Counted from the stretch's first letter, positions 34,850 to 49,824 are shown. The stretch: 64,000 nt of DNA from Eledone cirrhosa (GCA_964016885.1 OZ024743.1:255502001-255566000), one strand, 5' to 3'. The notes: generated from the sequence alone by a model not told the origin. Translations and numbers: made by a program.

Positions 34850-37800
34850 TGGATGAGCTGAGGATAAATGGAACACCCCCGAATTAATAAATGAATATGA
34901 ATCCGCGAGTTACTAAACACCCATGCAAAGCTTTAATCCAGAGACAGGAAGCATACACACAGCCCCGCCAAAATTAACCCCATTCTACGAGTGATGGCAA
35001 ATGTCCAAAACTCTGAGTTGGAACCATCAATGTAAGCACAATGAAAGGAAGAGCAGGAGAAATTGTAGAGATGCTAGAGCAAAAGGAAATTGATGTATGT
35101 TGTGTGAAAGAGACTAGATGGAGAGGAGAGTCCGCTAGAGTCCTCGTAGGAAAAGGTCAATGCTACAAATGTTTCTGGGTGGGAAATGACAATGGAATGA
35201 GAGGTGTAGGTATACTATTACCTGACAAAGGGGTTGATAAGGTGATCTCAGTGAACAGAGTGAATGCAAGAATCATTAAACACAGATTAGTCCTAAATAA
35301 AACAATTGCCACAATAATATCAGCTTATGCACCCCAATCGGGGTTGTCAGACGAACTTAAGGATAGGTTTTACGACTCCCTAATGCACACTACTGCCCTG
35401 ACAAACGACAATGACTTCCTAATCCTTGCAGGAGATTTTAACAGACACGTGATGGCTTCTATAGAGACCATGGAGGCGACGGGTTTGGCACAAGAAATGA
35501 AGAAGGCTTCAGGCTTCTGGAATTCTGTGACACCAATGACATGTCGATATGTAACACAAATTTCAAAAAATCGGACAACCATCTGATCACCTATAGATCA
35601 GGAGAGCCTTCTAGTCAGATAGATTTTATCCTAATCTTAGGGTGTGATAGATGGACGGTTGTAAATACAAAAGCCTTCCCTGGTGAGGAATGTACCTCCC
35701 AACATAACTTAGTTGTCAGCGACCTCACTGTCAAAACTAGACGAACTTGCAAACAGAAAGCAACCTGGAGAAGAAAGATCTGGAAGCTGAAAGACCCCCT
35801 CAGCCAGTAACAGATTTAAAGATATTTTACTCAACGCCTATGACGGTAAAGAAGAACAGATAAAGACATTCAATGTAGAAGAACACTGGGAGTTCCTAAA
35901 AAATAACTTACTAAAGGCGACGGACGAGATCTGTGGTTGGAGCAAGTCCACAGAGAGGAGGAGAGTGACTTGGTGGTGGAACAATAAGGTAGATGAGGCT
36001 AAGAGACAGGTATGGAAAGAATGGAAGAACGGGGGAAGCAGGGTACATTACATAGAGACCAGGTGGGAAGCTAGGCGACAAGTATACTTAGCTATAAGGG
36101 AAGCGGGGGATAGAAATTCAAGCATGTTTTGCAACGTGGTGACCAGAAACAGGAGGTGTTCAAGATTGTGAGGCAGTGTGTCAGAGAGAATTGTGATGTC
36201 ATTGGAGAGAAGTGTATCTGGAATGATAAAGGTGAGCTTGCCCTCACATGTGCCGAGAAGAAAGCTGCATGGAAGAGCCATTATGAAAGATTACTAAATG
36301 AGGAGAATACATAGACAAAAGAGACCCTACCACAAGTGGTCCCTATAGAGGGGCCAGCGGTACAAGTCACCTGCAGTGTAGTAAGTAAGGCAATCAAAGA
36401 TATGAAGACAGGGAAGACAACCGGTCCATCGATTGTAGCTGCCTAAATGCTGAAGGCATCTGGGTCGGTAGATCACACCATAACCACACGAATTGTTAAC
36501 CAGGTAATACTAGAGGGTATCATACCAAAGGATTGATGCAGCAGCACCATTGTCATCTGCTACGAATGTAAAGGTGATGCACTAGATAGAGGAAACTATA
36601 GAGGTATGAAGCTGATGGACCAGGTCATGAAAGTAACGGAAAGAGTTATAGCACAGTTGATTAGGGACCGGGTGAAACTAGATGAGATGCAATTTGGGTT
36701 TGTACCAGGAAAAGGCACCACTGGTGCCCTCTTCCCTGTGAGGTAGTTACAGGAAAAGTACCTAGCTAAAAGTAAGCCGCTCTACCTGGCATTCGTTGAT
36801 CTGGAAAAAGCCTTCAACAAAATCCCCCGTGCTATAATTTGATGGGCGCTTAGAAATTAGGAGTAGATGAATGTAGGTGAAAGCTGTACAAGCCATATAT
36901 AAGGGAGCAGTCAGCAAAGTTAGGATTAGCAATGAGTATAACGAGGAATTTAGAGTACAGGTCGGTGTCCACCAGGGCTCTGTTGTTAGCCCTCTTCTGT
37001 TTATCATAGTCTTGCAGGCAATAACGGAGGAGTTTAAGACCGGATGCCCATGGGAACTCCTGTATGCAGATGACCTCGCACTTATAGCTGAATCTATGGT
37101 AGAACTAGAGAAGAAATTTTAAACATGGAAGCAGGGACTAGAAAGAAAGGGTCTCAAAGTCAACCTGACAAAGACTAGGGTTCTTGTAAGTAGACGAGAA
37201 AACAGAACCCAGATCCCCTCAGGGAAATGGCCTTGCTCACTATGTAGGAAAAGTGTAGGTAGGACCTCCATCCTCTTCCCCAAATGCAAACAATGGGTAC
37301 ACAAGAGATGTAGTGGCATCTCAGGAAGCTTAACTAAGAATGTAGACTTCATATGTAGCAGCTGCGCTGGGACAGCAAGCAGCAAACAGCCACAGGAAAC
37401 AAGCACCACCAAACTCTGGGAGCGCTCTGTAGAAACAGTAGACAGCTTCTGCTACCTAGGTAACCAAATTAGCAGTGAGGTGGGTGTTCGGAAAGTACAA
37501 TAACTAGGGTATGAACGGGGTGGAAGAAATTCAGGGAGCTACTGCTACTACTATCTGCAAAAGGCTTTTCCCTTAAAGTGAAAGGTAGACTGCCTGATGC
37601 GTGTATACGAACAGAAATGTTACATGGTAGTGAGACTTGGGCGCTGTCTGTAGAAGACTTGCACAGATTAGAAAGAAACGAAACTTGCATGCTCCGATGG
37701 ATGTGTAATAGTAATATGTGCAAATGGCAAAGCATAAATGAATTGAGATAGAGACTGAGAATAAGAGGAATAAAATGGTGTGTGGAGGAGAGAAGGTTCA

Positions 37801-38324
37801 TTAGTATGGACATGTGATACGTATGAAGGATGACAGCTGCATAAAAAGATGCAGAGCACTAAAAGTCGGTGGAAGCCGCGGAGTGGGGAGACCCAAGAAG
37901 ATCTGGGATGAAATGATAAAAGCCGACCTTACCCAATTGCACCTCTTAAGGGCAATGACACACGATCATGACCTCTGGCATCACGCAGTAATACAGAAGA
38001 CCTGACCTCCCGTGGGTACAACCCGAAGCTGAAGCATATAGACAATATGCCCCACCCCCTCCGACTGCAAAGTGGTCGTGGATGTGCCACGGCAAAAAAG
38101 CCCCAGCCACACTGTAAAGTGGCCGTGAAGGCGCCATAGAAAAAAAGCACGCAGCACTCACTGTAAATGAGGTTGGTGTTAGAAAGGGAATCCAGCTGTA
38201 GAAATCAAGCCAGAATCAGTTCCTGCATGAGCAAGACAAGGTCAGCCCACTGGAAACTGCTCACAACAGGACAACCCGTCTAACCCATGCTAGCGTGGAA
38301 GAATGGACGTAAAACGGTGATGAT
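34850..38324 (+). mobile_element. Near full-length but disrupted RTE LINE, family B
   Basis: ORF fragments 35041-38005 are colinear with the whole 1076-aa ORF (ETRW, SAYAPQ, QGSVVSP, YADD, PHD, RPKKIW) with many stops and frameshifts. 3' UTR as in 2940-3268. Confidence 0.93.
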
Positions 38325-38327
38325 ATT

Positions 38328-38392
<65 letters not shown>

Positions 38393-38488
38393 CAGTAGTC
38401 TGAACAAGTTTGAAAGGTATAGAAAATATATACATACTTGCATCATTTTAGTTTATTTATACATTTTATATATATATCATCATCATCA

Positions 38489-38526
<38 letters not shown>

Positions 38527-38595
38527 TATAAAAATAAAATATATATATATATATATTTATATTATGAATAAAAAGAGAGACAGTATCATATAACC

Positions 38596-38807
38596 ATCTT
38601 CAGTTTATTACATCATCCTGTTATGCACATTTCAAAGAGATCGATGATGTTCTGTAACAAATATTTTTGGCAAGCATATCAAAAACAAAAACAAAATAAC
38701 ATTACATATAAATACCTGACTGGTGATAAAATATCAATTATTTGTTACGCAACGAATTTGTTGTCTTTGTAATGTACATAACAGGATGATGTATTAAACT
38801 GAAGATG
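38596..38807. repeat. Fold-back with ~44-bp arms enclosing a decayed hammerhead (38715-38785, +)
   Basis: CATCTTCAGTTTATTACATCATCCTGTTATG / CATAACAGGATGATGTATTAAACTGAAGATG. CCTGA-CTGGTGA..GTAA-TGTACA-TA-ACAGG, while the inverted arm keeps GAAA-TGTGCA-TA-ACAGG. Confidence 0.65.
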
Positions 38808-39355
38808 TATACTTGAGACCGTTCATAATATTGATACTCCGTCTGATAACCTATACATAATACCCTACTATACCAACAACATAGAGTGCCTATCTCTGAT
38901 TACGCTATAGTCTTCATTTGCTTGATCAACCAACATTGATTACTTGTAATTATATCGATATGTGTGTGTGCATGTGTTTGTGTGTGTGTGCATACATATA
39001 TTTATTTAAAATGTTCATATTTCATATACACCTAATTTTATCTACTACAGCGAATATATATATAATATTTTTTCTCACCCTTTAATTCTCTTTGAAAGAC
39101 TTATTTTTAATCAAGAACTGTTGAACAGGTGTCAGTAAAGCTTGCAATAATCTTTCCCACAGGAATTACCTCTAATACAAACGATAGAAAAAATAAAACA
39201 GATAGAAAATATAACAACATGTAAATAAAAAGACAGAAATATAAATTTGATATTTTTGATATCTATTTTATTTTTTCTCTCTAATTTATTTTGGTTTTAG
39301 TTCTTTGAAAATGTGATATTGTGTTTGTATGTATTTTCCAGAGTCTATGTATGTA

Positions 39356-39420
<65 letters not shown>

Positions 39421-39715
39421 GAATAGATATATATAAAAATAAACGCATACATATATTGTATTATGTACATATATGTATGGTCATATACACAAAAACACAA
39501 GCATTTCAACTTATATATTAATACGAAATATATAATTATGTATATATACATACATACGTTCACATACACACACACATACATGACATAGATATATTCCTTA
39601 AAATACATATATATATACACACACGCATACATACATACATACGTATGTACATACATACATATATTTTCATGATTGAAAACAATTTCTTTTGATGTAATAG
39701 TTTGTTGTTATTTTA

Positions 39716-39779
<64 letters not shown>

Positions 39780-39899
39780 CTTTTGTTCAAAAGAATTTCC
39801 AGCAGTTTTCTATGAAATTATTTTTGAGAAGATAATATTGCAACTGAAAAAAAAAAAAAAAAAAATCAAATCACAATTTGAAGACGAACTAAATTTAAC

Positions 39900-39930
<31 letters not shown>

Positions 39931-40504
39931 ATCTGGGTCATTAGTTCAATATTAGGTGATTTGTGTGTGTGTGAAGATGTTATATATTTGTATTTCTTTC
40001 TTCTTACCGTCTTCCTACTTTTGGTCTTAGACTTGTAAAGCCATAAGAGTTAAATTGGCCAAAACAGTCACTAGAGTGTAGGATAGAGTATCTCGTACTA
40101 TTTGCTATAATTCTGTGAACATTGATTTCAAATTCCATTTAGGTCAACTTTACTGTAGATCCTTTCGGTGCTTGATAAGATATAGTAGCAATTTTGGATG
40201 GTAGGTTTGCAAAAATGTTAATGTTTAGTTTAGATGTTTTATGATATATTGGTTACCAGTTTAGAGTGGTGGAATGACAGTAATGTTAGTATTAGTTGAG
40301 ATGACTTGTGGTATTTTGGTGTGAGCTTTACATCTTATGATTTTAACTTTCAATATCGCCTACTTGGGTGGTAGAATTAACCATGTATCTGTCTTAGGAT
40401 AGATACTAATAATGCTATTGGTAGTGTTATATGCAATGTTATGACAAACTAATACATGTATTGTCTCAGCATGTTTAATGACATCTGACTGATGAAATGA
40501 CAAG

Positions 40505-42910
40505 TCAGTCAATCATATTGATGGCCTCCCCACAGCCCCGGCGGAGAGAATAGAGAAGGCGTTTCCCCGGAGAACGGCAAGGGAGATGCACTGGAAAAAC
40601 CATTCCAACTCACGGGCTCACACCTGCGGCTGGCCAGCTCAGCGCCTATGATGGTGAATAGGGAGGTAGCCCTAGGGCCGAGGACACCAGAAGTCTCCAC
40701 TGCCAAGGGTACAACCGCAAACCTGTCAGAGAGTGACTGGTATTTGAAGAGTTTGGCCTCCACAGCCCGATGTGCAGCAGAACTTAGGTTAGTCGCAGAC
40801 TGTACCAGGTTGCGGCTGCAGAAAGTGTCAGAAAGTACAAGTAGCATCCCAGACGAGGGGTTTGCCACTATGGAACGGGAAGATGGTCATGGCATCTGGC
40901 CTTTTGCTGTCCCCTCGGTCCAGCCCGACCGGCTCAAGCTGGGAAGGGAAGCCTGCAGCATCCAAGCCATGCTTTATGACCTCGTTGAGTGCAGAATGCC
41001 GTGGAAGGCAGCTGACACTGTGGCAACAGGAAGCCGAAAGAGTCCACGGTGGATCCACAGTGACATTGATGTGGCTCGCAGATCCGGAGGCCGAGCCTCA
41101 AGGAAACGCCGATGCGCAGGCTATTCTTATCTAACTGCGTGCCAGTGGTGAAGGAGGGCAAGGCATGGAGCCAGGCATCAGTGTGGGGTTTGGGGGCTGC
41201 ACGAAAACAGGCGAGGCGGTGCTGGTTGAGCTGGCGGGGGAGCCTGTCTGAAGCCAGGCTGCACTGCATGGCATCCCAAATGCTTTGGGGGGACTTGACG
41301 TCAGCAGGGGAGAAGGGGGAGGGACGTCTACTGGGCTAAGTCCCAGCCAGTCCCCTGTCTCACAGGCGGCCTCATGTTCCCTGAACACAGGGGGTTCTAT
41401 TGTATTTTGGAGAACTCTGCTGACAAGGATGCGGCATGAGGTTACCGATGAAAGAAACGCCAGCAAAGCCAGTGACATCGGGGACTGGAGGCCAAAGCTG
41501 CCATACCTGACAGGTAAAGTGGCATGTTGCCACCCTATGTCGTCAAACTTGACGTTGCATATCTCCTCGGCTGCTGCTCAGATACAAGTATCGAGGTCAG
41601 CGAGGAGAGATGTGTGGGTGTAGCATGGAGTGCTGTGAAAGGTATAGAGGAGCGTCAGCATAATGAAGCAGTTCCTCAACAGAAAGAGAGCTGGGTGGCC
41701 ATCGATCAAGCCCAGTCGGCTCATCCAGGGTCTGGAGTTGTTGGAGTCTGGACCTGATGTCAAGTTTGACAATGAGGTGCCTGTAGTCCCTGGATGCCGG
41801 TTCTGGTGGGCAGCTGCTGAAGAACTGCCTGGCTGCATGTGAGGCCTCCTCACAACCACCGGACACGCCGATACCCAGTTGTACCAGACTGAACTCCTTA
41901 CCCAGTTCGGGTGTTTTGGACCTGCAGATCACCTTGGCAGCCAGCCTCCGGAAAACATTGCCCACAGCGATGGGGCATATGCCACCCTCTTTCTACCTGA
42001 GAGCGGTCAGGCTAGCCGTAAAAAAGAGGCCTCAGCCGTGAGTGTCCAGGGCGCCATGGATAAGCCTATTGGTGAGTCCCACAATTGCACGCAGAAGGCG
42101 GAGCCCGGCTTCAGTGGAGAGGGGAATCACAACTCCTTGAGGTGGCCTGGTCGGAGACCATCAGCACCTACGCGGTCACGCAAATTCTTGGCGCTGGCCT
42201 CCGGTGTGGAAGCAGCCGCACTACGAACAATTCTGGCCCCTCTTCCATCTGTTCATGGTGCTGCAGGTGTTGAGTGATGGGGATGGAGGATGGAGTGTGG
42301 GGCCGGAGACTGGGGCACCAAGTGGCATCAGGGTGAGTGGCTAGCTGCCACCAGCCTAGGTGCTAGGCACAACCGTGTGTGGGTGCAAGGGAAAGTACTG
42401 ATTAGAGGGCCTCATAGCTCACCTACATCTGATATAGAGGCATCAGAAGACAAGAGAGAAAAGAAGGGGGTACATGGAGCGGGACACATAAGAAGGTAGA
42501 ATGTTAGCAAAGGAATGAATGAATGGAAGAAAGTACAAAAAAAAAAGGGGGGGAAGAAAACAAGGGGTTGTTCCCAGCAGAAAGACCCAGATTTCAGCAC
42601 ACACACATGCGAGCATGTTAGCAGTTTCTCATAGGACCTTGTGGCTAAAGATGAGTCATTCAATCCTGAAAACATATGTGTTGTTGTTATTGTCACTGAT
42701 GCTGGAGTTGGCTTCCTCTTGTTAATGGTGGTGGTAGTGAAACTGCTACCAATTCGGGCTGCCAGGCTGTTTGCTGAGGCTCGAGTGCCTTCTTTCACCG
42801 AAGATGTGGGGTCGTTGTTATTGTCCTGTTGCTGTCACTGCCTTGCTCTTGTTAATGGTGTTGCCTGGTTTAATACTACAACCTGCCACTTTGGCAAATA
42901 TTCATGCTAG
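40505..42910 (-). mobile_element. CRE-like non-LTR retrotransposon (RT + restriction-like endonuclease), decayed and internally deleted
   Basis: GNVFRRLAAK, QLGIGVSGGCE, IVKLDI, ALFLLRNCF, WLHALPS, LRLGL..C-x-C, RHSALNEVI, KRPD, LVWDAT, KLFKY, VPLAVETSG. Visibly GC-rich relative to flanks. Confidence 0.8.
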
Positions 42911-43556
42911 CTCTCCAGTTTAAAGGTACCTACTGCTTTTTTTCCTATCTATTTCAGATGTATTGAAAAAGAATTATGGTTACTCATCCCTTTCTAACTA
43001 ACCAGTAATAAAATATATAAAATGGGTTTATTTCTTTTGATAGCCAATGGTTTAAAACCACTGCCTCTGGTTTTATGTTATGAAACTGTTAATTTTGAAG
43101 TGTTTATATTAAAATTAAATCCTCCACCTTAATTTACATAAGAACTTTTATGTTTCAAAACCAATTAATGAAGAGAAAGTTAGATATTGTTTCTAAATCC
43201 CTCCAAATTCTTGATGATTTTCAAATATTTTTGAAACTAACATGTACTGCCTCGAAAGAGTTAAATTCAACTACATTCCATTATATGTGGTCTGTTTTAA
43301 TAGTGTGGCAGGGAACGTGCAATGAAACTTAACCAGAGAGATAAGAAATATTTTATAGATTGTTGATTAGTTCTGTGCCCCGGGCCATTTCAAGTCAGCC
43401 CTGAATGCAAAAATGTATGTGTGTATATATGTGGGGATGTGAGTATGTATTTGCATATACATATACTTATTGCTTCCATATGTTACTGTCCATATATATC
43501 CTGTCAAATAGAAATAAATATTTATGAATAACATGTATTTAAAAGGGATAAATGAA

Positions 43557-43860
43557 ATCATCATCCTCATTTTCCATGGTTTTCCATGCTTGCATAGGTG
43601 GTGTCCATTTCAGCACAGCATCTCTCTGCTTGTCCCGATCTTTTGTCATGTTTACTGTGAGCTTTGACAATTTGAGATCAAGTCTCATGTCTCTCTCTAT
43701 TGCCACTTCCTTCTACATGGATTTCTTGGCACTTCTTCACCCAGTAATCATCATCCAAGCAATTCACATTACCATACAAGTGCAGTCTTGTCTCCTGCAC
43801 ACACCTGATTCCGTTTATACTCAGTTTCTCAGTTTGATCCTTGCTTTGTCATTCATGAGT
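43557..43860 (-). mobile_element. Old RTE 3' end remnant (family C-like)
   Basis: Minus strand QERQDCTCMV (decayed RRLRWYGHV) and DLKLSKLTVNMTKDRDKQRDAVLK, plus a GAT-like tail. Confidence 0.65.
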
Positions 43861-44311
43861 TACTGCCCAATGGATGAGCTTTGCTTTTCCAATGTTGAGT
43901 GGGTAACAGTTATTCACTTGCTGTCAAAACAGCTAAAGCTCATCTATGAGGCAGTAATCTTTACAATGTCTACACTCTATATTCCTAATTACCAAGTATT
44001 TAGCTGAACAATGGTTTTACTATTCTATACTGATAACTCCTAATCTCTCTCTCTCTATATATATACACACACACATACACACACACATATATATATATAC
44101 AATATATATATGAAAGTGTTAGCTTCAATATAAGGATTTTTACTATGAAAATAGTTGAACACATCACCTGTGTTAACTTTTGTTGATCTCACTTTGTTTC
44201 ACCATTATCCTGCTAAAGATAATGTACATAGAATTAGCTTACTTTAAGCTAACACTTTCGAAATTCTAAATTCACTCAAGACTTCTTAAATATGATCAAT
44301 TCTTTGTCTAT

Positions 44312-44632
44312 ATCATCATCATCATTTCATTTTACGTCCGCTTTTCCCTGCTTGCAAGGGTGGGACGGGAACTGATTCTGGCTTGATTTCTACACCAACC
44401 TCATTTACAGTGAGTGCTGGGTGCTTTTTTGCCGTGGCGCCTACACGTCCACTTTACAGTGGAATGATAGGGAACCCAGTCCCTATCATCTCATTTCTAC
44501 AGCTGAGTAAACTGGAGCAAGGTGAAATAAAGTGTCTTGCTCAAGGAAACAACACATCACCCAGTCTGAGAATTGAACTCACAACCTTTCGATTGCAAGG
44601 CCAATGCTCTAACCACTAAGCCATGTGCCTCC
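44312..44632 (-). mobile_element. SINE family B (20-bp internal deletion)
   Basis: Reverse complement of 25626-25964 and 56795-57138. Confidence 0.9.
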
Positions 44633-44640
44633 ATATATAT

Positions 44641-44848
44641 AATTGTTTCTACTTTTGGCACAAGGCCAGCAATTATTCCAGTGTATTACTGGTACTTTAT
44701 TTTATCGACCCCGTAAGGATGAAAGGCAAAGTTAACCTCGGTGGGTTTTGAACTCAGATCATAAAGGGTCGTAACTCTTTGCTGCAAAGCATGGCGTCAG
44801 ACTGCAAAGCATGGTGTCAGACCCTCTACCAATACTGCCAATCCACCG
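44641..44848 (-). mobile_element. SINE family A (20-bp internal duplication)
   Basis: Family A sequence; CTGCAAAGCATGG(C/T)GTCAGA occurs twice. Confidence 0.88.
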
Positions 44849-44872
44849 TTCTTTATTATGGCTAAGTTATAT

Positions 44873-45041
44873 GTCTTGTTCCATGAATAAATTAATGAGA
44901 AGCTAGGCTATCCTTTTGAGTGATATGGTTTCTCTCCTGTATTAATATGGGAGAGAAACCATATCATTCTTGTTATGAATGGTCAATCATTTACTCAAAA
45001 GAATAGCCTAGCTTCTTGCAAATACACTCATGGAACAAGAC
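44873..45041. repeat. Nested inverted repeat / fold-back element
   Basis: GTCTTGTTCCATGA / TCATGGAACAAGAC; AGAAGCTAGGCTATCCTTTTGAGT / ACTCAAAAGAATAGCCTAGCTTCT; inner 17-bp hairpin TGATATGGTTTCTCTCC / GGAGAGAAACCATATCA. Confidence 0.85.
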
Positions 45042-45142
45042 TCAATACTTAATAAAAAAGGATATTATAAAACTCTACTTCAGTTTTGAGTTATCATACC
45101 TGTGCCTGTCAACATGACACAACACACATATATATATATATA

Positions 45143-45783
45143 GGAGGGCGCTATAGAAGTGGTGGATAGCTTCCGGTACCTAGGAGATCAGATTAGCATG
45201 GGAGGAGGGTGTTCCGAGGCCATAGTATCTAGAATAAGGACGGGTTGGAAGAAATTTAGGGAACTGCTTCCTCTGTTGACGAAGAAGGGTTTCTCCCTGC
45301 ATACAAAAGGCCGGTTGTATGATGCCTGTGTGAGGAGCATGATGCTGCATGGTAGTGAGACATGGGCAGCAACTGCAGAGGATATGCGACGGCTGGAGAG
45401 AAATGAGGCAAGCATGCTCCGTTGGATGTGCAGTGTAAATGTGCGTGAATGACCCAGCATAAATGTGTTGAGAGAGAAACTGTGTCTGAGAGGGATGGAA
45501 TGTAGTGTACGGGAGAGGAGACTGAGGTGGTATGGACATGTGATGCACATGGAGGATGACCGGTGGGTGAAGAAGTGCCAGGAAATGCCAGTTGAAGGAA
45601 GACGTGGTAGAGGTAGACCACGAAAAACATGGGAGGAGGTGGTGAGAACAGACCTCAGATCATTGAAGCTCACGGTGGAGATGACGAGGGACGGTGACGA
45701 GTGGAGAGATGCTGTGCTGAATAAGACCCATCCCACCCTTTGCAAGCAGGGAAAAGCGGACATAAAATGATGATGATGATGAT
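45143..45783 (+). mobile_element. 5'-truncated RTE LINE, family C
   Basis: Nearly identical to 4032-4657. Starts in (TA)n and has a (GAT)n tail. Confidence 0.93.
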
Positions 45784-46126
45784 ATATATATATAGATGAT
45801 AGAGAGATTGATAGATAAGTATGTTGACAAAACAAATATATTACAAATATTTGAATAATTATGTTAACTATTATTTGATATCAATCTACATAACACATAT
45901 ACATATGTTTGCATACACACAGATACTATCACAAAAGTTAAAAGATATTCACTTATTTGCAAGTACATACATATACACACATGGATAGATATGGAGGTGC
46001 ATATATATACATACACCCACACCTATATACTGATACATAAGTATGTATATAATTATATGTAGGTATATACACCATCATAATTTAACACCTGTTTTCACTG
46101 CTAGCAAGGCTATATGTATATATATG

Positions 46127-46159
<33 letters not shown>

Positions 46160-47034
46160 GAGTGTGTGTGTGAAGACATAAAAAAATATGTTGCACCAAT
46201 TTTAATGTACATATACTGACATATTAAATTTGTCACTTCTTAGTATTAGTTGTTTCTATGTAAACAAATTATATATCTCATATACTAATATGTAGATATC
46301 ACCTGATGGTATTATATTGATATGTAGTTATTCCCTTCATCAAGTAATCCTCTTGTTACTGTTACTACTGCTACTTTCATATATCACTATGACCAGGTAA
46401 TAAATAACCCTGGAATTATTCTGTCATATATATATATATTAATAGTTTATCAAGTATGATACAATAGCCTGTTACTTTGGCATTTCTTTCAAATACACCA
46501 CCTGATTTCTACATGATCATTAAATAGTTAATGACTTTAACTAACTAAGGTGCTTGTAACAAACAAATGAATCTCCAGAGTAATAGACCACCTGATCAAG
46601 TTTGATAAGTTATAAATGTCTACTATGGTATTGAGCACAGATTCTTGTATTCATTAAAATTAATGGCTGTATATATATGTGTGTGTGTATGTGTGTGTGT
46701 AAACCAACATTCGAATTGGAGATGTTGGTTGCGAAACACGATCATCACTGACAACAAATGCGCAGAGCGAATCCCTTATGTTTGATTCCCAACCTGCTAA
46801 AAATAGCTGTTAGGTTGGTTAGCATACCTGAGATGTTTTTCTTCTTTGATTTTATAAAGTTAGTATCAATAAACCTTCCTGGGAATACCCTTATTCCATT
46901 GCTGTACTTACTTTTCGATTGCCCCTTTTTGTATTTGTGTGATGCATGAAGGAACCAGCCTACAAACATTGCTCTTTTATATTATGCATAGTTGAATAAT
47001 AGTTTTACTGCTCTTAACTAATAACATCTCATCC

Positions 47035-47075
<41 letters not shown>

Positions 47076-47798
47076 CCTCTCTCTCTCTCTTTATATATAT
47101 ATACACACACACATAGGAGAAAGGATAAATGAACACTGGCAAGAACTCCAAGATGGGAAAAACTCATCAGTACTCCACCAACATGCCAGAATGGAACATG
47201 GGGGCACATTAGAAACATAGAGATAAAAAATCATATTCACACAATGCTCTGACTGATTACAGAAGCAACAAACATAAAAATCTCATACAAAAACAAAACA
47301 GAAAACATGTGTGGTGTAGCAAGAACCCACAACTAGGAACTAAAGGCAAGATAAAGACATACTGAGATACACAAGAACCAAACTAATAAAACAAACGAGA
47401 CACACACAGATAAAAGAAGCAGCCACATAGGGACGAGTAAATAAATGTATAAATTAATAAATAAACACACACACACAGATATAACACATGTGCAGCACAA
47501 GTACACAGCACATAGCTCACAATTCACAAAAACAAGATAGTGTAGGAAAGAACAGAGGAGAGATAAAAATAACAAATTAGTCACTGAGGATGTCACGGAA
47601 TACTTGATGAAAGAGCTTTGACAATAAACAAATAAACAACCAACTGGACTAGGAGATTATAATAAATTAAAGTGAAAACCAACAGGTGTGTATGTTTTTA
47701 TTGGCAGCATGATGCTCCCAAATTAAATCAATATATATATATATCAAATTAAAAATACGAGGAAATAATAGACAAAAATATACCAATTTTTCTTTAAT

Positions 47799-47890
47799 GT
47801 CCCGACTGCAGTTTCATCGAATTCGTTTACAACAATATGCAATTTAGAAATGCATCATTGCTGTGAGGTTGATAAGGATTATCAAGAGAC
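47799..47890 (-). ncRNA. Decayed type I hammerhead
   Basis: GTCTC-TTGATAA-[long stem II]-GAAA-CTGCAG-TC^GGGAC. Two core substitutions; palindromic stem III; GUC site. Confidence 0.55.
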
Positions 47891-48805
47891 CCCTCAAAAA
47901 GAATTGTTTCTTGACGCATTTGTAGCAAGTGAGAAATTCTCGAGAGGCAGAGGGAGAAATTAACACACGATACAGTGGATATATATATGTTGTCTTAAAA
48001 TCAAAGGCCGTCACCAAACTGCATTGTCTCACTTTGTTTACTGTTCATCAATCACTTTATAGCATATTTTAGAAAATTTGACATGCGACTAACTCTAAAC
48101 TGTTTGTCTTCAGCAAAACTAAACAGTCCTCTCTAACCCTACTTTGTTTCCATGTATTTGGCAACCACATTACAGGATATACTAAGTGCCTTTTATTGTG
48201 GCATCAGTATCAGAGAGGTTGCCATGTCTTTAAAAAGATTAAACAGTCCACTCTACAGTATGTTGTCTTCATTCAATTGTCAACAATTTTACAGAATGTA
48301 CTGTGTACATTTTATTGTGGCACCAACTCTAAAATTATTGCCATCTGTGACAGAAGTTGTCTGAAATATATAAAATGTCTTCATTCTTCTACATTGTCAC
48401 CAATCATTCACGTCAACATGGCTAAACTTACATATTTTAGGCAAATATGATGAATATCTTCATGAGACAGAAGTTGGATTCAAACACACTAAAAACTTAC
48501 TAGTGAAGTTGGCCGGAAAAAAATCAGATTAGTTGCAAATCATACACTCTCATTTTGGTTGTCATCCACTTATGAAAACATAAAAAAATAAATAACAGAT
48601 TTAAAAATTACCCCAAACTGTCTAACTAAAAATAGCTGGTTCCAGAAGTATTGGACACTTTTGATGTTAGGCTGACAAGACTAAGATTGTAACTATGGAT
48701 AATAGAGAAATGAGAGGCGGATGAGAGAGAGAGAGAGATAGAGATAGAGAGAGAAGGGGGGGGGAGCAGAAACAGATTGCTAAATAGAAAATATAGAGGG
48801 AGAGA

Positions 48806-48806
48806 A

Positions 48807-48862
<56 letters not shown>

Positions 48863-49015
48863 AGTGCGCGTGTATGTGTGTGTATATATATATGCATATA
48901 TGTGTGTGTGTGTGTGCATGTATGTGTGTGTGTATATATATATGCATATGTATATATATATATGTATATGTATATATATATATGTATATGTATATATATG
49001 TATATATATATGTAT

Positions 49016-49047
<32 letters not shown>

Positions 49048-49266
49048 GTATATGTATATGTATATATATATGTATATGTATATATATATGTATATATATA
49101 TATATATGTATATATATATGTATATGTATATATATATATGTATATATATGTATATATATATATGTATATATATATATGTAAATATATATATGTATATATA
49201 TATATGTATATATATATATGTATATATATATATGTATATATATATATGTATATATATATATGTATA

Positions 49267-49339
<73 letters not shown>

Positions 49340-49577
49340 ATGCATAAATATATGTATATATATATGTATGCATATATATATATGTATGCATATATATATA
49401 TGTATGCATATATATATGTATGCATATATATATGTATGCATATATATATGTATGTATATATATATGTATGTATGTATATATATATATATATACATACATA
49501 TATATATATATGTATGTATGCATATATATATATATGTAAGTATGCATATATATATATATATATATATGTAAGTATGC

Positions 49578-49612
<35 letters not shown>

Positions 49613-49824
49613 CATATATATATATATATGTATGTATGCATATATATATGTATATATATGTTTGTATGCATATATATATATATATATATGTTTGTATGCA
49701 TATATATATATATATATGTTTGTGTGCATATATATATATATGTTTGTATGCATATATATATATATATTTGTTTGTATGCATATATATATATATGTTTGTA
49801 TCTATATATATATGTATGTATGTA

